From NCBI RefSeq assembly GCF_018977255.1, contig NW_024704742.1, positions 132,248,001 through 132,312,000 of the forward strand: DNA of 64,000 nt, in the 5' to 3' direction. This DNA is from Callorhinchus milii. Lineage: Eukaryota. The stretch's first letter is position 1. Each line of letters starts with the position of its first letter. Both the position numbers and the translations under genes were made by a program. A model generated the notes under the pieces. The model was not told the DNA's origin, did not search any database, and saw only the letters and a program-made list of their open reading frames with translations. This document shows, in pieces, positions 11,601 to 22,905 of the stretch.

Positions 11601-12379
11601 AAATAAATGGAAACGTGGAAGAGGGGAAGAAATATTCAGCACTCACAGAGTTAAAAGCCGTTGACACATATTGAAAACATCCGTCTTTATTGAACACAAA
11701 CTACTGGCAGTGACTGGCAGTTCAACATAAGATTTCTTGACCAAATCTCCCCTGCTCAATAAAGAGACTTGCTCTTAATATGCACAAAGAGACTTAACTC
11801 ATCCCTTGTCAGATAACTCAGTCTTTGCACAGTGACTTCTTTCACCTGCTTCTAATATCCTCTGGGGTGTTATCAATACGCTGCAAATACTTCTCACTGC
11901 TTCCAGATAGCTCCCAGATAGCCTACTCACATCCACTCTGCAGGCACTGAGCACGAAACACGCAGCAAACTAACAGATTTCCAGCTCAGGCTGTGAAGCA
12001 AGATGCAATTTTGGAGAACCCGTGTCTTTCTTGACATCTCCAGAGAACTTTTTTATCTATATTTATATTCGTTAATATCGTACAATTTACACTTTACAAT
12101 TTACAAAGTGTTTGACAATCCTGAGCTGGGGAGAGAGCTGAGGGTGGGTGGGGAGGGGAAAGATGACCAAATGTGCAGTCTTAGAGGTAGGATTTGAGAT
12201 ATACAGTGAAAGAGGGGAGAGAGCGTGTCAAAATAACCTGTGAATGGAGTCCATAGCACCTCCCAGCAATATATTAGTTTTTACCTGTAATCTCTTTGGC
12301 TCTGATGAGAATCAGAGCCACTTTGACGTTCAGGGTTATTTTTTCTGCTTTTTTCTTCTCTTTCGCTGACTCGCATGCT

Positions 12380-12822
12380 TCAATTTAAGCGTTCACACCT
12401 CGCCTCACATCTCCAGCGATCTCCTATGGTTAAAGAATGTGAGTGTTAAGGCGCTGGTTTTAGATTGTCCATTCATGTCTGCACTGTACATCTCTGAGCT
12501 GACGTCAGGTGAGGATAGAGTCGGAATCAGCTGTGATATACTCTCTCCCCCTTCCCTTCAGATGTTCTGCATGTCGCTCATTCCCTCCACTCCACCACCA
12601 CGGCCATGCTTTCAGCCACTATACCTCAAATCTCTGGAACTCCCTGCCTCAATCCCTCCATCTTGACCCCAATCTTTGCCCATCTTCAAATTACACCTGA
12701 AAAATTGTCTTTTCAATCTGCCTTTGGTCACCTTTCTCTTTCCAATGCCAACCACATCACTGTTAAGTGCTCTGAGATGCCACTTCCATGAAAATCGCTA
12801 TTTAAATGCAAGTTGGTGTTGT
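12380..12822 (+). mobile_element. Degenerate L2 3' fragment
   Basis: HAFSHYTSNLWNSLPQSL; tail AAATGCAAGTTGGTGTTG. Confidence 0.7.
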
Positions 12823-12984
12823 CGTTCCCCCTTTCCAGCAACAACAACTTGTACTTTTCTAGCACCTTCCATGCAAAGTAGCATCTCAGAGCGCTTAGTC
12901 AAATAATCTAACCACCGGTCAAACAATCTATCTGGGTGGAATAACATCATAGAAACATTTTGGACTATCAGATAACTGTAGAAC

Positions 12985-13345
12985 CATCAGCTTGGCTCAG
13001 TTGCTTGCACTCTCGACACTGGATCAGAAGTTTGTGAACTCAAGCCCCACATCAGGACTTGGAATCACATAGTGAAGGCTGACACTCCAATGCAGTGCTG
13101 GTGGTGTCCTTTGGATGAGATGTTAAACCAAGGTCCCATCTATGCCTGTTTCTATCAGGCTCAATTTGAAAAGAAAAGAGACTTCCTCTCAGTATCCTGA
13201 CCAACAATCGCCCAAACAAAATTGATCATTCTCTTCAGAACATCTATTTGGGCAAAATTCACTGCTGTGTTCACCTACAAAATACACAGTCCCTACACTA
13301 CAGTAAATCCTGCACGACGTGATTAAGACACTACATCAAATAGTT
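12985..13345 (+). mobile_element. Deu-domain SINE (type C), near full length
   Basis: CAGCTTGGCTCAGTTG head; GCTGACACTCCAATGCAG; TTGGATGAGATGTTAAACCAAGGTCCCATCT Deu core. Confidence 0.85.
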
Positions 13346-13387
13346 TTTTTTAATTATTCGTTATACCCTTTGGCCCATCATTCATGT

Positions 13388-13710
13388 GGAGTCCTGTAGC
13401 TCAGTGGTTAGAGCACTCGCTTTGCAAGCGAGAGACCTGAGTTCAATCCCAGGCAGGTCAGGGCGAAACCTTGGGCAAGTTTCCTTACTCCACACGTCTA
13501 ATAATAATCCCTCCAAAAACCAAAAACAATAATTAAATTGGTCATTTTCAATCTACGACTGTTTGTGGGACATTGCTGTGCGCAATTGGCTGCCGCGTTC
13601 GCCCACAAATATACAGTCAATTCACTTTACAGTGTGTTCTGTGAAGCCCTTTGGGACGTCCTCCCGACGTGAAAAGCACTATATCAAATGCAAGGATTAT
13701 TATTATTATT
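13388..13710 (+). mobile_element. tRNA-Ala SINE type A, young full-length copy
   Basis: Intact A/B boxes, tail loop CTCCC, (ATT)n tail; near-identical to copies at 42650, 46829, 50163 and 59966. Confidence 0.95.
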
Positions 13711-13808
13711 AAAATTAAATATCAATTATGTGGAAGGGGCAACAATAATAATGATAATAATAAATAATCCTTGCATTTGATGTATCCCTTTCACATCAGA
13801 AGGATGTC

Positions 13809-14008
13809 TCTTGCCTCCTTCAAGACCTGTCTCAGGGCCATCCTCTTCGACCATGCTTTCGGCCACCCACCTTCCCCCCATGACTCTCCATGCCTCCCCG
13901 ATCCCGACTCCCAGCTTGGGTCCGAAACACTGATTGTGCAGCATTTTGCGCTGTCCTCCCAACGTGAAAGGAGCTATAAAACGTAACTTTGTTGTTGTAT
14001 TTTGTTGT
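13809..14008 (+). mobile_element. L2 3' fragment nested in a minus-strand SINE tail
   Basis: LASFKTCLRAILFDHAF and (TTG)n tail; host tail continues at 14010 TCAAAGCGCTTCACAG. Confidence 0.85.
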
Positions 14009-14371
14009 TTCAAAGCGCTTCACAGGAATTACTGTAAATTGCAGCCATTGTGTATTTTGCAGGCGAAAGGCGGAAGAAGGTTTTAAATACTGCATTTGAC
14101 AAAAACTACTGAGCTTCACACAGAATAAAAAAACACAGGAAGGCCTCCAGTGTCTTGTGCTTTCCTCCATGTTAAAAACAAAATAATTTTACACAATCAG
14201 CAACGGAATTCTTTACATCCCAAAGTTAGAGTTGATGTCCTTGTGCTCTCCTCCTGAAACAACAAGCTGTACATTAGCAAATGAGAGAACCAGCAGCTGG
14301 ATAACATCTGCCAGAGGGCACTCAAGGCAGATGGCTTAAACCTACTGCTTGTTTGAACCAAGGTCCAGGCT

Positions 14372-14830
14372 TAATAATAATAATAGTAATCCTTGCATTT
14401 GATATAGCATGTCGTTGAGGCATCTCAAAAAGCTTCGCAGAATATACTGTAAAGTGAATTGTCGGTATATTTTGCGGGTGAAACACAGCAGAGTCCCACA
14501 AACAGTCGTGGATTGAATGATCAAATGATTATTATTTTTTTTAAGGAACTATTACCACTGGAAAAGTGATCTGCCATCAACTAACTGGGTTCTTACTTAC
14601 TGCTAGATAAACAGAGGCATGTGGAGTAAGGAAACTCGCCTATGGTTTTGACCTGCCCAGGAATTGAACCCAGGACCTCTCGCTTGCGAGACGTGCGTGC
14701 TAATTAATATGCTCCAGTACTCCACAAACAGAGGCTTGCGGAGTAAAGAAACTTCACTTCCCTAACTGGGAATCAAATCCGGATACACTCGTTTGCAAGG
14801 CAAGCGTGCTAACTACTATGCTACAGGACT
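14372..14830 (-). mobile_element. Type B SINE (14372-14723) plus a second tandem head (14726-14830)
   Basis: Full tail, body and head, followed by another GGAGTAA..CTACAGGACT head segment. Confidence 0.82.
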
Positions 14831-15317
14831 TCAATTCAATGGGTTGCTTCAGCCAGACGCTGTACGATAGCAAATGAGTGAATCAGCAGCTGGATAACAT
14901 CTGCCAGAGGGCAATCAAGATGGGTGACTTAAATCTGCAACATCCTGGTGTGGGCTTGAAGTCAGTACACGCCGAGGCTGACGCATGCTGTATCATCTAC
15001 GCAACGTGACAGAGTGCGGTAATTTGGCAAAGTAGAGCAGCTGTTGATTTTTCTTCATTCTAATGAAGTCAACATTTTCTCGGGAGGCAATTTCCATAAA
15101 TTCTTGGCCAACTTAGCAGTCTGTCGTTCCTGGGGGAGAGATTAGCGGACTTTCCCACATCAATTTGCAGTCGGGAAGGTTTCTTTGCCGTGAAATCTGC
15201 TGGTTCTTCTTTCTGAGTCGTTTAGAGCGTTCCGAAACGGGACACCGATAATTGTCAGCAAAGTCTTTCTACAGCAAAGTGCTGTACAGGACTTTGCTTG
15301 ACAGTGTTCGCAATAGG

Positions 15318-15545
15318 AAGCTATGCGGTTTTAGCCGGTTAAACTCCGGCAGTACCCTTTTTTGTTGATTAGCCAGGCATCCGACACATGCAGAAACCCC
15401 ATCGCCATATTTAAGAATATCCAAACCAGAGTAAGGGTTCAGAGTATATATGTCACCCAAGTATATGGAAATTTCCCTGGGTCCAGAATGGAATGTGCAT
15501 TCTTTCCCTGAAAGGACGCACTCTGCTACCTAATGTTACCTACCT
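15318..15545. repeat. Family D copy with its 3' part inverted
   Basis: 15318-15357 is sense (GCTATGCGGTTTTAGCCGGTTAAACTCC); 15358-15545 is antisense, starting from the T-tract tail. Confidence 0.75.
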
Positions 15546-16334
15546 GTATATTCGTCCATAACTATACAGTCAATTCACTTGACAGTATATTCTGTGAAGC
15601 GCTTTGAGACGTTTAAAAGACGTGAAAAAGCGTCATATCAAATGCAAGGATTATATTTATTATATTAATGCCTGGACTTATAAAAAGGAGTTAGACAAAT
15701 CATCGTGGTAGAAAATCACAAAAGGGTACAGGGAAAAGGCAGGGGAAGGCAGAATTAAATGACTCAATGGATCAGAAAAAAAGGTTTCTAGCTTCCCACT
15801 GTGCTGCAACAGTTTCATGATTTATTTGGAAAATACGTGTTGGTTGTTTGGGAGAGAGGAAGAGAAGAAGATTCAATTACAGCATGGAACTGCAAAATAA
15901 ACCCTTAACCTTTTGGCCACATCACTCGCTGCTGGATATCAACGCTTGGTTCAACTATCCTGACCTGAGTCACAAATCCATGCACAGGTCAGTGACCTGT
16001 ATTATTACTTTAAACCCCAATCCTATGGGTGGTAACAGAGGGGAGGGAGGGGAGTTTCTGAGTGAGCAAGTCTGATGAATTCTTCATACATATCAGTCGC
16101 AATCGTTTTGCTTTGCTTCTTGCAGAGTGTCGCTTTGGTCATTGTGCACTTTACTTTACGTAACCCTAGCTTTCCTTTTCCTTTCCTGCCACTGGAGGTG
16201 GTTTTTTTTGTTTACTGTCCCACCCGTTGTCTGTCATCATTCCCTTCCAAACTGTTCCTGCCTCGCACCCGTCTTGATTAATTGCTGTAACGTTCCGAGG
16301 CCAGACAATCTTTTTTCCCTCTCTCCACCATCTT

Positions 16335-16730
16335 TAATAATGATAATACTTGCATTAGATTCAGCACCTTATCGTGCCACAATTTGCTAAAACACTTCAC
16401 AGAATTTATTGTAAAGTGTTGTAACTGTGTGATTTGCATATATCAATGTCCCACAAACAGCCGTGAAGTGAATAACCAATTTTAATTGGGGGGGATTGTT
16501 GTCCAGGACACTGGGAGAAACTCCTTTCTCTTTTCAAATAGTGCCATGGGATTTTTAATGTCCACCTGAACAGTGGGCTCATTTAAAGGACCCAATTTAA
16601 TGTCTCGTTTTGAAGGACAGTATCTCTGACAAGTGCTCCCCCCAGGACTGCACTGGAGTGTCAGCCTAGACCATGAGCTCAAAGTCCCAACATGAACCCA
16701 TACTTTTCTGACTCACAGGTGAGTTGGCTT
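16335..16730 (-). mobile_element. Deu-domain SINE (type C)
   Basis: TCAAATAGTGCCATGGGATTTTTAATGTCCACCTGAACAG (Deu core, reverse) plus the shared tail. Confidence 0.82.
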
Positions 16731-16777
16731 CCGCGTTTGCCTGCATAATACACATTCGCTGCACTTCACGGCAATTA

Positions 16778-16996
16778 ATTACCCAATCCCAAAGATTATT
16801 AGGCACAGGCCGGTGAGAGACAAGACTTGGGGACCCCAAGGGTGTATGGTTGGATAACTGCTGGAGTTTAACCAGCTAAAACTGGCTTAGTTTGAGATCA
16901 CTGTCTGATAAGTTTCCTAACACATGCCCTATCATTAGGGCTTTGGCTTGCACAGTTAACAGGAGCGGAGTGGGAAGAATCCCTGCCCAAGTAACT
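16778..16996 (-). repeat. Family D internal fragment
   Basis: CTGCTGGAGTTTAACCAGCTAAAAC..TAGGGCTTTGGCTTGCACAGTTAACAGGAGC. Confidence 0.78.
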
Positions 16997-17572
16997 GTGC
17001 AATTACACTACCTTTTGATTGTTTCCAACTTCCAAAATTTACACTTCCTTAACCACACAGGGATATTTTTAGCTCTGAACTGTGTACAAAGTTGGACACA
17101 GACCTGAGATAACATCAGAAAGTCTACTCTATGCAGCACAACATTGCTTTATGCCACTTTTCCCAATTGTTCCTGGTTTTAGGAGATAAGTGCACTTTGA
17201 ACGCAGGGTTGAGTGGTACTGACGGAAAATCATTCGCAATATCACAGGGTTATCATTCTTTTCAGCCTCCTCACTCAGGGAGGGAAAAATGAAGGCCAGG
17301 GGAGGAGAAGAGTTTTTTTTTTATCGGAAATAAAAAACAATTCCGTAATTGTTCAGTGTCAGTTAACATTGGGAGGGTGAACCCAACAGACAGATGTTTG
17401 TTTGGGCAATATCAGTCAAAATATCAGATGCATTTAATAGTTTTAGATAAGGGCCTGATCGAAGCAATGTGGTTTGGGTAAGTACAGTGAACTTCTAATA
17501 AGACCCTGGTTTATATCACCTTATGTCTTAAGTCATCACATGGCTTAAATCATCACATGTCTTACATCATCT

Positions 17573-17848
17573 ATAATAATAATAATCCTTGCATTTGATA
17601 TAGCATTTTTCATGTCTTCTAGACGTCTCAAAGCGTTTCGCAGAATATTCTGTAAAGTGAATTGACCGTATATTTGTGGGCGAAACACTGCATCCAATTG
17701 CGCACAGCAGTGTCCCACAAACAGTCGTGGACTGAAAATGACCAACTTATTATTGTTTTTTGTTTTGGATGGATTATTTCCTGTCTGGAATTGAACCCAG
17801 ATGTCTCACTTGCAAGGCGAGTGCTCTAACCACTGAGCTACAGGACTC
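17573..17848 (-). mobile_element. Type A SINE with an internal deletion
   Basis: Head and tail as type A; the GGCAAGTTTCCTTAC block is missing. Confidence 0.85.
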
Positions 17849-17889
17849 TAATCGCGTATAATCATTATGTTCTCAATATCTGGACTGCT

Positions 17890-18335
17890 TCCCGTGCAAA
17901 ATCAATGTTTCAGACCCGAACTGGGGATCGGGATCAGGGAGGGTGGAGGGCGGGGGGGGTGGGGGTGGGGAAGCAGGGTGATTGAAGGCACGGTCAAAGA
18001 AGAGGGCCTTGAGACGTGTCTTCAAGGAGACAAGGGAGGGGACACGATGGAGGGATTGTGAGATGGAGCTCCAGAGGATGGGGACAAAGGGAATGAAGGC
18101 CTGCCTGCCTGCCAATGGTGAGGCGGGCAAGGTTGGGGATGTGAAGCAGGCCGGATTCCACTGAGCAGAGAGAGCGGGCAGGATGGTATGAGGTTAGGAA
18201 GTTGCAGAATTAGGGGGAGGAGCAAGACCATGGAGGGCTTTGAAGGTGAGAACCAGGATCTTAAACTGTATCCCTGGTGATGGGAAGTCAGTGGGGTTGG
18301 GCGAGGATGGGGGCGATAGTGGGGAAAGGTCACCC
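17890..18335 (-). mobile_element. L2 LINE 3' fragment
   Basis: GRQAF..LWSSISQSL..SLKTRLKALFFDRAF. Confidence 0.82.
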
Positions 18336-19709
18336 TTGCCCTCAACCAGCCATGTTGTAGCTGTTTTGATTGTTGTGACAAGATCTCTTTGAGTAAGAAC
18401 TTTAGACCTTCCCTTCTGTGAGGTTGTGCCTGACTGTTGAAGTCTGAGTGATTCAGGCAGTTAAAATGAGCAAAAGGTTTTCATAGACGCATATGCCCTG
18501 TACATAAACTCATACTGTACTTAACCCGCTTTAACAAATAAGCTGACAGGTGGGGGGGCGGGGCCGCTCTGTCACACCGAGAGCTGCTCGCTCTACACAG
18601 GCACATGGTGTAGGTCCTCCTGGCCAAGTGCTCCGTAGTGGCCCTGGAGGCCTGAGGTCTACATAGTCTCCCTGGATATAGAGTCACTGAGCTCTTCCCC
18701 TTGGTGTGATAATATATCAGGAGTTTAATGTCCTGAAGAAATTATAATAGCAATAAACCTTGTGTCGTATTGTGTCATTGAGTTGCCTCAATTGTGTATT
18801 GTTTACTGTGAAGGTAGTGACTGTGTATTTTGTAAGGCGAATTCGGCAGCCAACTTTCACACACAGAGACGTACCACAAACAGCCACATAGTGAATAAGC
18901 CATTTGTGTCTAGGGATTGTTGGCCAGGACACGGGGAGGAACTTCCTTCCAAGATAGCAGAGGCTCAGGCAACAACCGAACTGCTGGAGGAAATGAGCTT
19001 AATGAGCTGTGTCTCATTAGAACAGGAACCTTTGGCCATCTATAAATTTACAGCCAGTGGAGCAAAATATTGCATTCCCTCCCCATTGGTGAATTTACTG
19101 ACAACCTGAGAATACACAACTCACAGGCAGTGGCTGTGCAAACTCTTACCATTGTACAAGTTCACATGTCAATGCAAATTGTGATGGAAAGATGGTAGAT
19201 GGCTATTCACAAGAACGCAAGATTGGTTTGGATGAAGAAAGCTCTTCGGTCCATCTGATCGCATCCTTCGAGAATACCCACCCTTGCATATTTACATTGC
19301 TTTTCCAGGGGGAATAATTACTTTTAAAAAAATTAACAAATTGGTCACTCAATCCATGGGACACTGTGCGCAATTGGCTGTTTGCGTTTCACCCACACAA
19401 AATATAGACCCAATTCATTTTACAGTATATCCTGTGAAGTGCTTTGAAATGTCTCGAAGGCATGATAAGGTTTTATATCAAATGGAAGGATTATTATTAT
19501 TATCTATTTACATCATTTTGCTGCATTGCCCACTCTGTTGCCTCCTTCAAGGCCTGTTTCAAGTCTTTCCTGTTGTACTGTTTTGGTGCATCTTAAAGTA
19601 TTGTTCTGGGTTTACTTTTTCAATCTCATTTAAAATGTGATATGCCTCTATAAGGTCTCATCTGACGGGAAAGTTGAAATCAAATAGGCTTTTTCCTAAC
19701 ATCTCTTGT

Positions 19710-20015
19710 GATAATAATAATAATCCTTGCATTTGATATAGCAATTTTCACATCTTCCAGACATCTCAAACTGCTTCACAGAATATACTGTAAAGTGAAT
19801 TGACTATATTTTGTGGACGAAACACAGCAGCTAATTGCGCACAGCAGTGTCCCACAAACAGTCGTGGATTGAGTGACCAAATTTTTATTGGTTTTTTTTC
19901 TTGAGGGATTATTATCAGGCGTGTGGAGTAAGGAAACTTGCCCAAGGTTTCGCCCTGCCGGGAATCAAACCCAGGTCTCTCGCTTGCGAGGCGAGTGCTC
20001 TAACCACTGAGCTAC
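19710..20015 (-). mobile_element. Intermediate SINE: B-type head with the A-type central deletion
   Basis: Sense strand reads CTCCACACGCCTGATAATAATCCCTC, with head ..CCTGGGTTTGATTCCCGGCAGGG. Confidence 0.88.
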
Positions 20016-20053
20016 CAAACCCCCTGTAGCTCTTGTAGTCTTATGATCTAGTC

Positions 20054-20605
20054 CAGGGTTGTCCAACATGTTAACCACTAATGCCATGTGGCGAATCGGG
20101 AATCCAGATGAGGCGAAATTGCATTTTTGATTAGTAAATAAAAAATGAATAATAGACACTATCGTTGGCAAGTGATCTCAATACTCATATTCACTCAGCA
20201 TATGCATGTGTACTTTGAGCTTTTCCTGCATTTGTTGGTAAAATGGTAAGAAGAAAAGCAACATGTGCGAGTGAGTTTTGATCGTTGTGTGCGCTTTACT
20301 TCTTTGCTTACTACTTCTCGGTTATCTACAAAAATAGTGCGTAATGGGTTAAAACAGATGGATTTCAATACCATAGAAACACCAGAAATATTGGATATTG
20401 AGGGGAGCTGTCAATCACGATCAGCTCGACCAACTACTCCAGGCCAGCAGAAGAAAGCAAGTCCAGCCAATAATGAGCAACTCCAACAAGACAAGTCATG
20501 AGAAAGGCCAAGCAGCATCCAACCACATTCTGGATGGAGAGCCGGAAGAAAAATAATGACAAGACTGCAAAGTTTCGGCCTGAATGTGATAGATGTCTGT
20601 TAAGA
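20054..20605 (+). mobile_element. Possible hAT-Charlie DNA transposon left end
   Basis: CAGGGTTGTCCAAC terminus followed by ..ACCACTAATGCCATGTGGCG (MER3/Charlie-like), preceded by ATCTAGTC (close to the NTCTAGAN target consensus); no right TIR seen. Confidence 0.5.
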
Positions 20606-20667
20606 TTTTTGTGCTAATTAATATGCTCTGCTTTGTTCATTCCTCCATGTATAAATATTAGAATACT

Positions 20668-21032
20668 CTAATAAAAATAATTCTTGCATCTGATATAGTC
20701 CCTTATCATGTCCTCAAGACATCTCAAAGAACTTCACAGAATATACTGTGAAGTGAATCGACTGTATACTTTGTGGGTGAAACTTAGCAGCCAATTACGC
20801 AGAGCAGTGTCCCCACAAACAGTCGTGGATTGAGTGACCACTTTTTTTTAAGGGATTATTAGCCCCGGAAAAGCGATCTGTCAATCAACTAACAAGTGGG
20901 CTTCTACTTACTGTTAGTAAACAGAGGTTTGAGAAGTAAGGAAACTTGCCTAAGGTTTCACCCTGACTGGGAATCAAACCTAGGCCCTCTCTCTTGAGGG
21001 CGAGTACATTAACCACTACGTTACAGAACTCC
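20668..21032 (-). mobile_element. Type B SINE
   Basis: Head, central block and tail all present. Confidence 0.88.
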
Positions 21033-22494
21033 ACAATTCTGTGCTCTCTCTCTGTTAAGGATATTTCCTATGATCATCGCTCATCGGCAAGTGTCCTTAA
21101 TCTACTGGCACAAGGAGTACCATCTTCTCTCTCGTGATTTCTCCCCCCAACCACCCTCCACGTGCTCTCACCCATTATAGACCTAACAGTCTTTCCCAGT
21201 GATACTGCAGACGACAAGGCAGTTTCCAAAGAATTATTCCGGGCTTTTTCCTTTTGAGTTAAACATTTCACCGTTACGTTGCTCACCTCCCAATAATTGT
21301 GTTTCTTTTCCTAACAATGCTGTATTCGGAGCAAAGACGGTGGGTGGTTGTGGGGGGGGGAATAGCTATCAGTCAACAAATGTGATAAAATATTTATACA
21401 CATAATGTCAGGCAGAAACGCTGTGCTCCATTTCCTGTAAAATGTGATATCAATCACCACTCACATATGTTCTTTCAAACCACAGACTTCTAATATTTAT
21501 ACATGGAGGAATGAACAAAGCAGGCAAATGGAGCATCAAAAAGTGTCTCACTGCTCATCTGCACTGTATTGCAATAAATTTACTGCCAGAATAGATATCA
21601 CCATTTTTTAATGAGGCTTGAAAAGACTGAAAGACTTACTACTGGGGTGTCCTTGTCTGTCTGTGCATACCTCTGCTCCCATTAATGCTGAAAGCATGCG
21701 CATTAAATAATCAGTTGGTAAGCTTATCTCAGTCAAGGGAAGCGCAAAGTAAAAGTTTCTATTTCTTCATTTATATTTAACTTTTTCTTGCCCTCTATTG
21801 GAGCCTTCAGTCTCTATGCCCCTAACCTCTGAAATTCCTTATCTTATAACCCCACTCCAACCCCACATCCCCACCCCGACACCTCATAACCTATCTTTAA
21901 ATCCCACCTTAAAACCTATCTCTTCAGCCGCACCTACGGTCACTTCTCCCAACCTGACCCTTTGTGCTTTTTGTAACTATCCTGTATCCCAACCTTGTTA
22001 TCAGTGTTTATCACAATAACAATAATGGTTGCATTTGGTAGCGCCTTCTACATCAGGAGGACATCATACTGCGCAGGATTTACTATATAACGTAGTAACT
22101 CTGTATTTTGTAGCCGAATGTGGCAAATTATTAAGTCAATGATTGTTAGAAGTGTCCTGGAAACTATAAGTGTAGATCCTCACAGCTTGAGCAACAAAGT
22201 TTACTCACCTCTTCTCCTCAAAGCATCTTCCACAACATTTTCATAAGGTTCCACCGTGCCTTGAAGAATCTAATCCACAGTGAATTAATGAATGGTGGTT
22301 GCAGCTTATCAGGGGAGAGCACTATTATTAGGCAGGTGCATTGACCAGTGTCCCAATTACTGACTCTTGTGAAGAGGCAAATTGCACCAAGCATCACATT
22401 TCATTTAGTGCCTTCGCCAAGGCCTGGGGATCACACAGGGCAGCAGGACCTCACGATTGCTTCATGTACTCGGATTTACACATCCCTGCCTCAA

Positions 22495-22905
22495 TTTAAG
22501 TTGGTAGCACTCTCGCCTCTGAGTCAGAACATCATGACAAGCCCCACGTCGGAACTTGGAGCTCACCGTCTAGGCTGATGCTGAGGAAAGTGCTGCATTG
22601 TCAGAGATGTGGTCCTTCAGCTGAGATGTTAAACCAATTCCGTGTGGACGTTAAAGATCTCATGCCACTACTCGAAAAGAGAAGGGAGTTTCTCCCCATA
22701 TCCAGGACAATAATCCTCCAGATAAAATCAATCATTCACTTCATGACTGTTTGTGGGACATTGCCGTGTGCAATGCAAATTAGCTGCTGCGTTCGCCTAC
22801 AAAATACACAGTCACTACATTATGCAGTGAATCCTGTGACGCGCTTTGAGGTGTCCTCCTGAAAAGGCGCATGCCAAATGAAAAATACCAAATGGAAGGA
22901 TTGTT
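22495..22905 (+). mobile_element. Deu-domain SINE (type C)
   Basis: TTGGTAGCACTCTCGCCTCTGAGTCAGAA head; CTGAGATGTTAAACC..GTGGACGTTAAAGATCTCATG core; tail. Confidence 0.82.

Noticed and set aside
13388..13465. Apparent tRNA-Ala genes here and at the other SINE heads
   Set aside because: Each is fused to the same SINE body and (ATT)n tail and lacks a following Pol III terminator; they are SINE heads
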